Assembly (NCBI RefSeq): GCF_963506605.1
Contig: NC_083276.1
Span: 39,184,001-39,248,000, forward strand
From: Zootoca vivipara
Taxonomy: Eukaryota
Direction of reading: 5' to 3'
DNA length: 64,000 nucleotides
Position 1 is the first letter of the stretch, and every line of letters starts with the position of its first letter. The notes beneath the pieces are model-generated. The model searched no databases, was not told the origin of the DNA, and was given only the letters and a program-made list of their open reading frames with translations. Below are positions 38,160 to 49,727 of the stretch, piece after piece. The position numbers were made by a program, and so were the translations under genes.

Positions 38160-40190
38160 TAGACCAGAAGGTCCAGAGGCAGAAGTGAAGGTCTGGGGAT
38201 AAGAGTCTGAGAAGGGATAGAGGAGTAATGCATTAAGGACTCATAAATAAAGAGGAAGAGCCCTTAGAATTGGCACTAGATTATCATCTGTTAGCGATGC
38301 TGCAGATACATTGATTTTGGATTCCTCTGCCAATGTCTTATCCTATTTCCTTCTAGTGTTGAATGGTCATACTTTGAATTATGTGGATTGAGACATATCT
38401 AGTGATGTTCCTACATTGGTGGAGAAGGGTGGCAATTCTGACCCATTTCCCACCTGCTGCAGGCCCACAGTATTCCAAAAGGGCTCTGCAATCACCTGGA
38501 GCACATCTGGGAGGAAGGGGACAATTGGGAAAAATCAGGTCCGTTGCCATTCCACTGACAGAAATGTCACCTGGGTCAAAGTCCATTAATGGAATAACAT
38601 AATTAGGTACAAACCTATAGTGTGGATATGGGTTGATCTGCGGGGGAACTAGATGATACTATATTTCAGCTGTACAATTCTGTGATAACACTTTCCCCTT
38701 ATATCTGGGTCCTTGAGCAATTTTGATCTTAGCTGCCTTGAGCTGAGGCAATGGACTTATTTGTGCCAGTTTTGCCAGCATTTGCAGGGTGACCTATAAA
38801 TCAACTAAGATAACAGTCTGACGTATTACGCAGTAGATGGAACATAAAACTGTTCTTTAAAAATCAGTTAAATTGCTTGGAGGAACAACAAATTCCTACA
38901 CCAGCCCATTCTTTGTGTTCTGAAGTGCAATTTACAGGGCTAAACCAAAGCACATGTCATACCTTTAATTTTGTAAAAAGTTATGTACAAGTCTATTATT
39001 CAAAATAATCACATAACTGGGAAATTCACTGAACAGCTACCTTTCTCCTCAGCGGGGTGCCATTNNNNNNNNNNNNNNNNNNNNNNNNNNNNNNNNNNNN
39101 NNNNNNNNNNNNNNNNNNNNNNNNNNNNNNNNNNNNNNNNNNNNNNNNNNNNNNNNNNNNNNNNNNNNNNNNNNNNNNNNNNNNNNNNNNNNNNNNNNNN
39201 NNNNNNNNNNNNNNNNNNNNNNNNNNNNNNNNNNNNNNNNNNNNNNNNNNNNNNNNNNNNNNNNNNNNNNNNNNNTACAATGACAAGCCAGCCCTTGTCA
39301 GCCCATACACTTATGTATCATTTGAACTGTCAGAAGTATATGCAGTTCTGTTGGCTTCCACACATTTTCTATCCAGATCGGAAAAAATAAGATTTGTTTT
39401 GTAGCCGGCCCTTCATCTTACCCATTCCCCCCCCCCCCGAACCTAAATGTTAGCAATCCATTGTGTAGTGGATGGAAAGTTAGCATTTTGGTGCCAAACT
39501 CCTTTTGCTTGTAAAAAGTGGTTTAATTTATTTTATTTTTTCTAAGCTTCTGTCTTCTGCTTACAACCAGGTACTGTTTCTGTCTGCAATTTCTTTAATG
39601 TTAGAGCACAATGCAATGAATTTTACAGATGATTGAAGTCATTTTCCTTCCAATAATGAACTTATAAATAAAGCTTTTTAAAAGTTATTTCTCTTCGTTA
39701 TACTCTTTACTCCCTCCACAAGGTACACATACCAGAGAAGGAGATGAAGAGTTTAAAATTGATTAAATCTTTTTGCCACCTACCAGAACTTCATGCAAAG
39801 GAATTTAACAATGTCAGGCTCTATTTTGCACTTCTCTCTTTTATTCTTCCTCGTTTAAAACACACAGACCAGCTCAAAATCCCATTTGGCATTTCCAGCT
39901 CTCTGATAGAGAGGGACAAGACCTTTGGGGTGCACTGCACATTTGGCAAAGAAACAAGCTGTCAAAAACAACTTGCTTTTCGTTTTAGATTTAAAAGCAA
40001 AATCTGTTCAAAGTCTAAAACTAAACGAATTTGACTGGTTGCGGTCAAACAACAAAACAACAAGAGAGATGTAAATAAAATATGTTGCACCACACTCTAC
40101 TTAGCTACCTAAGTAATTACCTGAATTGGGGGAGGGGGTATTTAGTTTGCCTTCCACCAGTAGGAACACTAATTGTAGCATTCGGCTTCT
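38160..40190 (-). pseudogene. env: Decayed foamy-virus-like (Spumaretrovirinae) envelope gene; candidate endogenous viral element (may extend to ~37760)
   Basis: Manual three-frame translation gives a collinear series matching recalled prototype foamy virus Env motifs: VLDFEQILLLN~VLGLSQILMIN, ELEMPNG~DFEIPLG, SLLEGK*~SLWEGDC, NSTW~NSKW, HPL..TFRFG~YPL..TYDFG, YGLTRA~YALTGA, GLV*EFVVP~GLYYELVIP, IGHPANAG~IGHLVKSAG, CTAEI*YHL~CVETIYLHL. Many stops, frameshifts and indels. No search run. Confidence 0.72.
39065..39275. other. Assembly gap (211 N)
   Basis: Run of N. Confidence 1.
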
Positions 40191-40192
40191 GT

Positions 40193-40773
40193 TGTCATTA
40201 CCTAGATGCAGAGGGGTGATGGAGGGCACCAACTGGAAAAACCCCAAAAGAACCCCCAGGGGAAGAAGGCTCAGAGACACAGGATTGGTGGTGGCATGAC
40301 AATAAGCGGTCAGAGGGAGAAGAGGGCGCAGACTGGGAGGAGGAGGTGTCGAAAGCTGAAGAGGCAACAGGGTTTAGTGAGCAGGAAGAGACTATGGCAG
40401 AGAGAGGTCCAGAATCAGAGGTGGCAGCAGAGGGGAGTCAAGATGCTGAGTAGAAGCAAGCTGCTGAAGATGCCAGCGAATCTCCTCCTGCTGCTGTTAC
40501 GACCAACTCCCTTTCCCATTGGTCTCCCAGAACACGCCGAGAAAGGAAGAGGGCAGAGCAACAAGAGATAAGACCACCAGGGGCGGGTCCTTAGAGAGCA
40601 GTGGGAAGGTCTTCAGCCCTCACCTCTGCCTCATTGGTGCAGGACCTTCTGGGAAGAGTTGCTATGACTGCTAGCCTGCGTTGTTTAGTTTCTTTACTCT
40701 TGAATAAGAGTTCACTGACACCAGTGTTGTTGTTTTTTAATTGCTGACCTACCCATGACTCCGGCTCCTGACA
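40193..40773 (+). mobile_element. Possible solo LTR
   Basis: TGTCA...TGACA termini, purine-rich body, AATAAG-like signal near the 3' end; no clear TSD. Confidence 0.4.
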
Positions 40774-42910
40774 GGTTTGCAGTGACTCCTCTCTACTGAT
40801 GCTCCTACAGGATGCTCTGATCTGAATGGAGCTCTCTATAAAAGGAGATCACCCCATACACTTCAATAGCAGGGAAAGAATTTGTGTCCTCTCTCTGTCT
40901 CTGGTCCCTCACCATGAGCACACAAGGCACTATTAGATACAGGTCACTTTATGGGGATGTAAAAGGATAAGAACAAGAATAAAGGCAGTCTTTTTACACC
41001 CCAATCCTAAACAGTGTCTATCATGATTTTCTCAAAAATCATTTTGCCAATGAAGAGTTCTAAGCAGTAATGCTTATTTACTGATCCAACATCTTTCTTA
41101 GATACAGTTGCTCTTGCTTGACAATCAAATATGTACACACACCATAATTTAGCAGACATAGGGTGCAAATCAGCCCAAACCTGTTTGAATTGACTCAGAA
41201 GGGCTTTGTGCATATAACTGTGGTCTGGTCTTGATTACTGTAACTGTGTATCCTAATCGTGTGGATGTGGACATCTTTTCTCTGAAGCCCCATATCAGTT
41301 CTACAGCTATAAAGGCCCAGGAGGAAACAGCATGTTTACATCACGTTCACTGCATAGCTTGTTTTGGCTTGCTCTATATAAAAATGTTAATATGAGAATA
41401 TTTAGAAAATGCGTCAAATATAGACAAATATTAGGGTTCAAAAATATGCAGAAGAACTATAAAAATGACAGCAATACAGAAAACAGTGTAACAAAGAGAA
41501 TGCATTTGCAAAAGAACATAAAATAGATTTGGAATGTTAATAAAGAAGAATCACTGAGTATAGCCAGATTTCCTTTCAGAAAATGAGAAATGTGTCCATC
41601 GCTATAACATACTTTAGTTTTTAATGTACACTTTATACACATTGAAATAAATATTTAATAAAAATGATTAAACATCTTCTGACAGACAAGAATATCACAA
41701 ATAGTTCTTTGTAGGAAAACTTTATCATGACTTTTTTCTTTTCTTTTTTTGACATCGAGCCTGAATTCCTAAAGGAAAATGAATAGATAAATAAGCTTTC
41801 AAAGATCCTCGTTTATTCTTGTTAGTGTGGTCAGAATAATAATATGCAGCTGCCAAACTAAAGTACATAAATTCAATTAATATGCAATATTTCTTTTGGT
41901 GTGACAGCTTTGCACAGTGCAATGTGAAGCGGCCTCATGCAATTCCTCTCCTTTCTTGGATACTTCTCTTCTTTGGGTTCTGTGAAGCCTTGGAATTAGG
42001 AGCACAAAGGAGCCTGAGTAAGGGGGTCTCTAGATCCCTCCCTGGACTTCCTTTTCACCTCTTTATCTGTCCTTAACAGTTGGTCTGTTTTGCTAAGGCT
42101 TTTTTTTTTGTTTCCGGCCCCAAACTCAACTAAATAAAGAAAAAATGGAACTATGACACCCAGGCTCAGGAAGTCTCCAAAACACCTAAAGTAGCAAGGC
42201 TAAATCCAGCTAACCTTCAGCTGTGTTTAGAGATCTGCAGGAAATGATTCAGCACCCAAGCTAATGTGGCTATTTCTTTCAAAGCAAATGACAGCGAGCC
42301 CTTTTGAGGAGTTGCTGAATCATTAAAACAATGAGAGGTGCCAAGCAGTTCAGAAAACTGGGCTTTGCCCATTGGCTTTACACTCTACCTGAGACTAATT
42401 TGGACCAATTATAGGTAGGGTGGGGTAAAGAAATCAAGTAAATAATACTAGGTCATAGTGAAGGCATGTTATCTATTTCAAAATAATCAAGCAGGTGGCA
42501 TGCAAGGAAGGAAACACAACAGGATTCATAGAATTGGTTGGCACAAGATGTAGCCAAATAAAATATTGTTTGCAATAAACAGTCCATCATTTACATGTAT
42601 GTTTTTGTAGATGAGGCAGCTGTATCCTTAACCTTTGATAGAGGGCTTGCCCTTTAAATAGTGTCACACTTCTTTAATTATGAGTTAGCTACTCTTCCCC
42701 AACTGTTCAGCAACAACACCGAAAGAGAACATTGCTCACTGATTGCTTGTTCAAATGTATACTTTATCATGTAAATGCTGGGAGAAAAATCATAACCAGT
42801 ATTAGAGATTGAGGGTGGGGAGTGGGAATTAAAATTGAAAAATATGACTTCAAATTTACAGCTGTTTATCAAAAGATAAATACATCCTGGTGTAAATTTG
42901 GAACCCAATT

Positions 42911-43308
42911 TTGTTGTTGTTTAGTCGTTTAGTCGTGTCCGACTCTTCGTGACCCCATGGACCATAGCATGCCAGGCACTCCTGTCTTGCACTGCCTCCC
43001 GTAGTTTGGTCAAACTCATGTTCGTAGCTTCGAGAACACTGTCCAACCATCTTGTCCTCTGTCGTCCCCTTCTCCTAGTGCCCTCAATCTTTCCCAACAT
43101 CAGAGTCTTTTCCAAGGATTCTTCTCTTCTCATGAGGTGGCCAAAGTATTGGAGCCTCAGCTTCACGATCTGTCCTTCCAGGGAGCACTCAGGGCTGATT
43201 TCCTTAAGAATTGATAGGTTTGATCTTCTAGCAGTCCATGGGACTCTCAAGAGTCTCCTCCAGCACCATAATTCAAAAGCATCAATTCTTCGGCGATCAG
43301 CCTTCTTT
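42911..43308 (-). mobile_element. Bov-B 3' end, young subfamily
   Basis: ORF 42921-43250 differs from the ORF at 38-367 at 3 of 109 aa; (CAA)n tail. Confidence 0.95.
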
Positions 43309-44813
43309 ATATTTCATTTCCAGTGAGATTATACATTCAGAAGAATATGGTAGCTGACAGCCATTTGCAAGCCAAGGAGTCAGTTTTTCTTAAACACGAA
43401 TATTTCCATCTCATTAGCATACAGGACTTGTCATATCACAATGGAAGGGTCTCAGAAGTTTGAAAAATCATCCTTAATTACCAAACAGTTAAGGTTTCTG
43501 AATAAAAACAAGAAAAATGGACAGGCAGCCTTTGAAGTAATAATACAAAGCTCATTTAGAAAATGTTAGAAATGGACAGTTATTCACCTCAAAAATCACC
43601 TGAGTTTTGTAATCACTGGTTGCAAGGACTAGGAAAACCTGGAGGGGAATCATCCCCTCAAGGAAAAAGTACCTTTCCTTTGTATTTTATTTATTCAACA
43701 GGTGGGCAGGGACTGATCTCATGAGTATGAATCTACTGAAATAGGTGGCAGGAGTGGGTTGCATTTAGAAGTCATACCTCCTCCCCAATCTGAATAGCTG
43801 CCCATCTCAGGTGAGTATTCTCCTCCTTTGCTGGTTGATTCGTGTTAATGACTTAATAAATTCCCAATCTCCCACGAATCTCACTGGGAGACCATAGGCA
43901 TGTCACAGTGTCACCCTCTGCCAGCCTGACTTGCCTCACAAGGGATAAAAAGGGAGCAGTGTGTACTCTGCCTTGAGCAGTGAGACCTCTCTTTAAATAT
44001 TCTCACCTCCAAACAGCTATTATTCAGTACTGCCAACAAGTGTAGGCTACTGAACAGGGCAGCTCCACCCGAACTCCTTGCCATCAGCTGTCCTCTGCAG
44101 GTAGCCATTCCATCAGACTGCTTCAGTGGGAGAGACAAGGAACAGGTAGAGGCAGCTTTAGGGCAGTGTGAGCCCTGAGGTCACACTGAGTGTACAGCCA
44201 AGGAGGGGCCTTCTCAAAGCCGTTCCTGGATTTAGGAAGGAGGTGCAAGGGCTCTAGGACCCTGCCAGAGCCTTGCACCTCCTCCCTTGAGGCCTGGGTG
44301 GAGGGCATCAAATGTTGGCCTTGCACAGGGTGGCATGTTACCAAGATCTGCCCCTGAAGCAGGGCTCATTCCATCAGCTTCGCTGGAGGCCTAGCTGCAT
44401 CTCTTGCCCATGAACTGTGCCAGCTAGTCATTAGTGGCTGAGTTTTGGATTTGATTTTCATTTTGTGTAAGCCTGCATGTAGGGGCTGTCTTGTTTAAAT
44501 TGATTATATGTAAGCCGTTCTGAGAGCCTTTTTGACTAAAGAGTGAGGTACAAATGCCGTAACAAACAAACAAACAAACCAAGATGCTCTGAGTTCAGAG
44601 ATGTAGGGTTAATATAATGGGCTTATTAATATAATGGGCCCTATACACATAGGGGGTTGAGTGACTAAAGAAGAGAACATATCACAAGTGGTGATATTTT
44701 TCTGTGTAAGATTCCATTCTACATTGTTTCTCTTCTAGAATTCATAACTTGGTATTATTGAAAGAGCTGTAATTACTAAATTGCAAAAAGAGGAGTTGGA
44801 AATTATGATTAAT

Positions 44814-45199
44814 GTTGTTGTTGTTGTTGTTGTTTAGTCATTTAGTCGTGTCCGACTCTTCATGACGCCATGGACCAGAGCATGCCAGGCACTCCTGTCT
44901 TCCACTGCCTCCTGCAGTTTGGTCAGACTCATGTTGGTAGCTTCGAGAACACTGTCCAACCACCTTGTCCTCTGTCATCTCCTTCTCCTTGTGCCCTCCA
45001 TCTTTCCCAGCATCAGGGTCTTTTCCAGGGAGTCTTTTCTTCTCATGAGGTGGCCAAAGTATTGGAGCCTCAGCTTCAGGATCTGTCCTTCCAGTGAGCA
45101 CTCAGGGCTGATTTCCTTCAGAATGGATAGGTTTGATCTTCTTGCAGTCTATGGGACTCTCAAGAGTCTCCTTCAACACCATAATTCAAAAGCATCAAT
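44814..45199 (-). mobile_element. Bov-B 3' end, older subfamily
   Basis: Bov-B terminus with (CAA)n tail; diagnostic sites shared with the 4197 copy. Confidence 0.93.
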
Positions 45200-45932
45200 C
45201 CATATGAAGGTTTAATATGGAATATAGGAAAATGCCATTAACTTCTCCATTTCAAAATTCACAGATTATCGCCATCACTAGTCTTTCTATTTCTATTTTC
45301 TCCATTTGTCAAATGCATGGCATTTTAAAGGTATCTAAAATAAAAATGTCCCACCAGAGCCAGCAGAATTACACCACAGATTCCTGGAGCTCATTGTAAA
45401 TTCTCACATAATATGACTTCAGAAATATAGAATTTTGCACTGTTGTCCATACTAATGCAGTTTTGGCATCTTAATTATTGGGAACTGAAAATATCATTTA
45501 AACATGATTAAATTGACTGTGTACATTATGTACTTAAAAAGCCCTGTGTAATAATTAAAAGGGGCCTCTGTGACATACATTCATTGAACAAGTCAGCAGT
45601 AACTATTAGCAGGAACATGAAAGGCAAGGCTAAACTACAGACATTTAAAAAATTGGATTATTTTGTCCCTATTATTGACAATATTTACATACCTTTTATC
45701 CAACTCATGCAATCTTTTTCACAAATAAAATTTAATTTGAATGCAAGTGAATCTAAGTGGTGTGCATGTTAAATGCAAACAGCCAGCAATAATCGTCAGT
45801 GCTAGGGATTTGCAGATTTCAGTAAAATGTATCCATTGCTTAAGAACAGGGATGGAGAAACTGTGGCTCTCTCTGTGTTGTTGGACTACAACTCTGATTA
45901 TCCGTGATAACTGGCCATGATGAGCAAAACTT

Positions 45933-46110
45933 GGGGCCATAGCTCAGGAGAGGAGCATCTGCTTTGCATGCAGAAGGTCCCAGGTTCAATCCCTGGTCTT
46001 TCTAGATAGGGCTTGGAAAGGCTCCTCCTTGCAATCCTATAGAACTGCTGTCAGTAGTACAGACTGAGCTAGATGGACCAATGGTCTGGCTCAGTATAAG
46101 TGAGATTTCA
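45933..46110 (+). mobile_element. tRNA(Cys-like)-derived SINE with CR1-type tail
   Basis: GGGGCCATAGCTCAG…TTTGCATG…GGTTCAATCCC head; GAGCTAGATGGACCAATGGTCTG tail. Confidence 0.8.
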
Positions 46111-46112
46111 GC

Positions 46113-46829
46113 AGGGACGCAGGTGGCACCATTGTCTAAAACCACTGAGCCTCTTGGGCTTGCCGATCAGAAGGTTGACGGTTTGAATCCCCATGACGGG
46201 GTGAGCTTCCGTTGCTGTGTCCCAGCTCCTGCCAACCTAGCAGTTTGAAAGCACACCAATGCAAGTAGATAAATAGGTACCGCTGCGGCAGGAAGGTAAA
46301 TGGCGTTTCCTTGTTCTCTGGTTTCCATCACGGTGTTCCGTTACCAGAAGTGGTTTAGTCCATAGCTGCCAAGTACCCCGTTTTTACTTACCTTTTCCTG
46401 GTGGTCCCCCGTATCACTTCGTCTCCCATTTTTCTCTGTTATTTTCTCCTGCCGGCGGCCATTTTTTTTCTTTCTGATTTGCCCTTCTATGGGCACCAAA
46501 AATGGCCGCCGCCGGCTTCAAAAGTTGCATCTACGCATGTTCGGAAGTGCGTAGACGCGACTTCCGGTGTCGACGGCGGCCATTTTTGGTGCCCATAGAA
46601 GGGCAACGCGACACCGGAAGTTACATCGACGCACACGGCTGCCGGTCCCGGATTCTGCAGTCTGGGACTTGGAAGGTAAAGGTTTAGTCATGCTGGCCAC
46701 ATGACCCAGAAAGCTGTCTGTGGACAAACGCCAGCTCCCTCGGCCTGAAAGTGAGATGAGCGCCGCAACCCCATAGTCATGTTTGACTGGACTTACGCGT
46801 CCAGAGGTCCTTTGATTTTACCTGTACCT
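46113..46829 (+). mobile_element. Sauria SINE (older subfamily) interrupted by a MITE
   Basis: TSD TAAGTGAG(A/C)TTTCA; the body resumes at 46682. Confidence 0.9.
46361..46681. mobile_element. hAT-type element (CATAGCTGCCAAG terminus) with long internal hairpin
   Basis: 8-bp TSD GTTTAGTC; left TIR identical to the 60636 MITE. Confidence 0.85.
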
Positions 46830-47372
46830 TAAGTGAGCTTTCAATGTGGCTCAGAATTGAAGATCAACAACATCTAGAGGGCCACAGATTTTACATAATT
46901 GTTTCGGGGCATAATACCTTTCCACAAACCAGGTATTTCTGGGAAGCCCATAGGCAGATTATGAAGGCCTGGTGATCATGAAGAAAACAGCTCTTCTTCT
47001 ATTTAGCAGCATAATATCAATTAACAGAGAGATTCCTTGTAGCTGAACTGGTTTTAACTAACGCTATGGCATGAAACATCATTGTCTCAATCCACCTAAG
47101 GTAGGTACATCTGCAGGTCTGACTGTTTCAGTCATTGGGAATCAACTCTGAAGTTTCGGCACAACTTAGGGGCACATATGGTTTCATTAAAATACTCCTG
47201 GTGATTCTGATCTTCTGTAGATCCTGCAAGACAGATCTACAGGCAGGATGAGCTAGTGAAAGATAGTGAAGAATTCAAAAAAGAAGAGAAAAAAAGAGAA
47301 AAGGAAAGGGAAACAGGAAGCAAAATAAGAAATTAATAATACCAAGCTCTTTATCACAATTATACCTTAACC

Positions 47373-47742
47373 AGGGATGCGGGTGGCGCTGTGGTCTAAA
47401 CCACTGAGCCTCTTGGGCTTGCCGATCAGAAAGGTTGATGGTTCGATTCCCCACGACAGGGTGAACTTCCATTGCTCTGTCCCAGCTCCTGCCAACCTAG
47501 CAGTTCAAAAGCACACCAGTGCAAGTAGATAAATAGGTACCGCTGTGGTGGGAAGGTAAATGGCATTTCCATGCGCTCTGGCTTCTGTCATGGTGTTCCA
47601 TTGTGCCAGAAACGGTTTAGTAATGATCCGGAAAGCTGTCTGTGGACATACGCTGGCTCCCTCAGCCTGAAGCGAGATGTGTGCCACAATCCCAGAGTCG
47701 CCTTTAACTGAACTTAACCACCCAAGGGTCCTTTACCTTACC
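47373..47742 (+). mobile_element. Sauria SINE, older subfamily
   Basis: TSD TATACCTT(A/G)ACC. Confidence 0.92.
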
Positions 47743-48854
47743 TATACCTTGACCCTTATTCCACACACAGAAATGTGAACCCTCCCAGCTCTCACCTGGG
47801 AGCTTCTGCCTCTTCCCTGAGCCTCGCAGCCTGAGGGATCCCCTCTACCCAGCCTCTCACACAGGAACCTTCACCTTCCTCTCCATTACCTTCCTGTGTG
47901 TATCTTCATTTATCCTCTTTTTGACAATGTGTAAATGGCCACCCTCTATCCTGATCCAGTTCTTGTGGATAGGATAAATCACACCTGAACCTCTTCATAT
48001 CTGCCATTCTTTTTCTTTTTCTTTTCTGTCACACTGCTGACCTATAATTGTGGGCCTGCAGCCTTTCCAAAAGTCCACCGACAAAATACACCCAAAATCA
48101 AATTTACCTTTTAACCTGTCTTCAGGATTTAGCAGAACAGCAACATATGGAAAATGGGCTGCAAGTTATTGTTATTATTACGTTATGCAGTTCATGTTTA
48201 AGGGCGAACATTTACAGTAAATAACAGAGTATTGCTGCAGCAAAAGTTACATACCTGGAGGTGACAATGAAACGCTGTGTGGTATTTTTTTAAATGTCCC
48301 AAAATGTATATGTATACAATAATAATGTTTCTGAATAAGAAATTGTAACCATTATTTTTTATTCTTCAAACATTGCGTGAAATCAATTAATTCGCACAGT
48401 GCTGTGGTGAGAAGCAAAGAATATTGCAAAGATCAGCCCCTGCTGAATTTTTCAGAGAGAGCAAGGAATGGAAGTTAAAAGGACAAAAATACAAAACGAA
48501 ACAGAGGCCACCACTGATTCTGCTGCTTTCCTTCAGGCTGAGCCAAGAGGAAAGGCTATACTCGGTGGTAAAATAAGAACACAACAAAGAATACTTAGTC
48601 ATATTTGAGCATTCCTGCTTCATTTTTTAATGAGACAGTGTGATCCTAAGTATACTCCTCAGAATTAACTCCCATTGCACTCATCATTGCCTAGAAAGTG
48701 TGCTTAGGAACGGAGTCTTCGGCTATTATCCTAACTTTTCTTCTTATATAGTAGCAATGCAAAATATATAGGCATGATACTTATATGACGTTTTCAGTGT
48801 CATAGTACAGGGCTGGGGAATTGCTGTTTCTTGGGCCACATTGGACCCAACAGA

Positions 48855-49018
48855 CAGGGCCGGCTCTAGGGGTAGGCTGGGTGGCGCGGGGCACCAGGGC
48901 GCAGCCGCGCGGAAGCCGTGCTGCGTGCTGCGCCCTGCGCCCACCCACCAGGGCGGGGGTGCCGGAGCGATCTCCCCACCACGGCGCCCGGGCGCCCAAC
49001 ATGCTTGAGACGGCCCTG
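48855..49018. mobile_element. GC/CpG-rich hAT MITE
   Basis: TIRs CAGGGCCG / CGGCCCTG; perfect 8-bp TSD CCAACAGA. Confidence 0.9.
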
Positions 49019-49475
49019 CCAACAGAGGCCCTGTTTCTCCCAAACTACGCCCACCTGCCCCACCCCTGACATAAAGTGTGACATCTTGTGGGGGGCAGGC
49101 AAAGACTTCACTTTGAAGGGTGTTGCCAAGTGGTTTTAATAGAAATAAAAAGCTTATACACATTTGTTGCTGTTGTAGATGTGCTATGCCTGATGTTCAA
49201 GAAAACAATATTTGTAGAAGAGTAGAGACACCATACTGCAACTTACTGTGGCAACCTGAATAACTTACCAACATGCTCTGTCTCAAAAGGATATAAAATG
49301 AAATGGCTTGGACCACGTGCAAGAGGTTATTTTTACAACTGAAAACATACCGTAATACCTTGAGTTGAAAGGGAAAGTTGATAAGATACATGTTACTTAC
49401 AGTTCCACAGTTTGGAATTATTAATCTCAGGTTGTTGTTTTAGGTTTAACACAATAAAAACTTCAATAATAAATA

Positions 49476-49727
49476 CAGTGGTACCTTGGGTCTCAAACTT
49501 AATCCGTTCAGGGAGTCCGTTCGACTCCTGAAACAGTTCGAAAACCAAGGTGTGGCTTCTGATTGTCTGCAGGAGCTTCCTGCACTCAATTGGAAACCGT
49601 AGAAGTCACACTGGATGTTCAGCTTCTGAAAAACGTTTGCAAACTGGTACACTCACTTCCAGGTTTATGGCATTCGGGAGCCATTTTTTTTTGACAACTA
49701 AGACGTTTGGGAACCAAGGTACAAGTG
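49476..49727. mobile_element. Tigger-like MITE
   Basis: CAGTGGTACCTTGG / CCAAGGTACAAGTG termini; TA TSD. Confidence 0.85.

Larger units (their letters stand above)
45847..46895. mobile_element. Old hAT MITE split by nested insertions (halves ~45847-45932 and ~46855-46895)
   Basis: CAGGGATGGAGAAACTGTGGC…TGTTGTTGGACTACAACTC on the left, CAACAACATCTAGAGGGCCACAG on the right. Confidence 0.55.

Noticed and set aside
38353-38790. Alternative readings of this peptide as hepadnavirus terminal protein (YCGP/NITRY) or as foamy SU (LI...CPLP, KW, RALP)
   Set aside because: Spacing was inconsistent and the GILYKR-type motif is absent. The TM-ectodomain alignment is the one collinear with the rest of the locus. 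This also shows that isolated short motif matches are unreliable here.
38983-39404. ORFs spanning the N run
   Set aside because: Artefacts of the assembly gap
41350-41640. Hydrophobic minus-strand stretch as the env leader-peptide membrane anchor
   Set aside because: A T-rich strand yields hydrophobic residues by composition; no diagnostic motif and not contiguous with the relic
48855-49018. CpG-island promoter
   Set aside because: Bounded exactly by TIRs and an 8-bp TSD; it is a MITE
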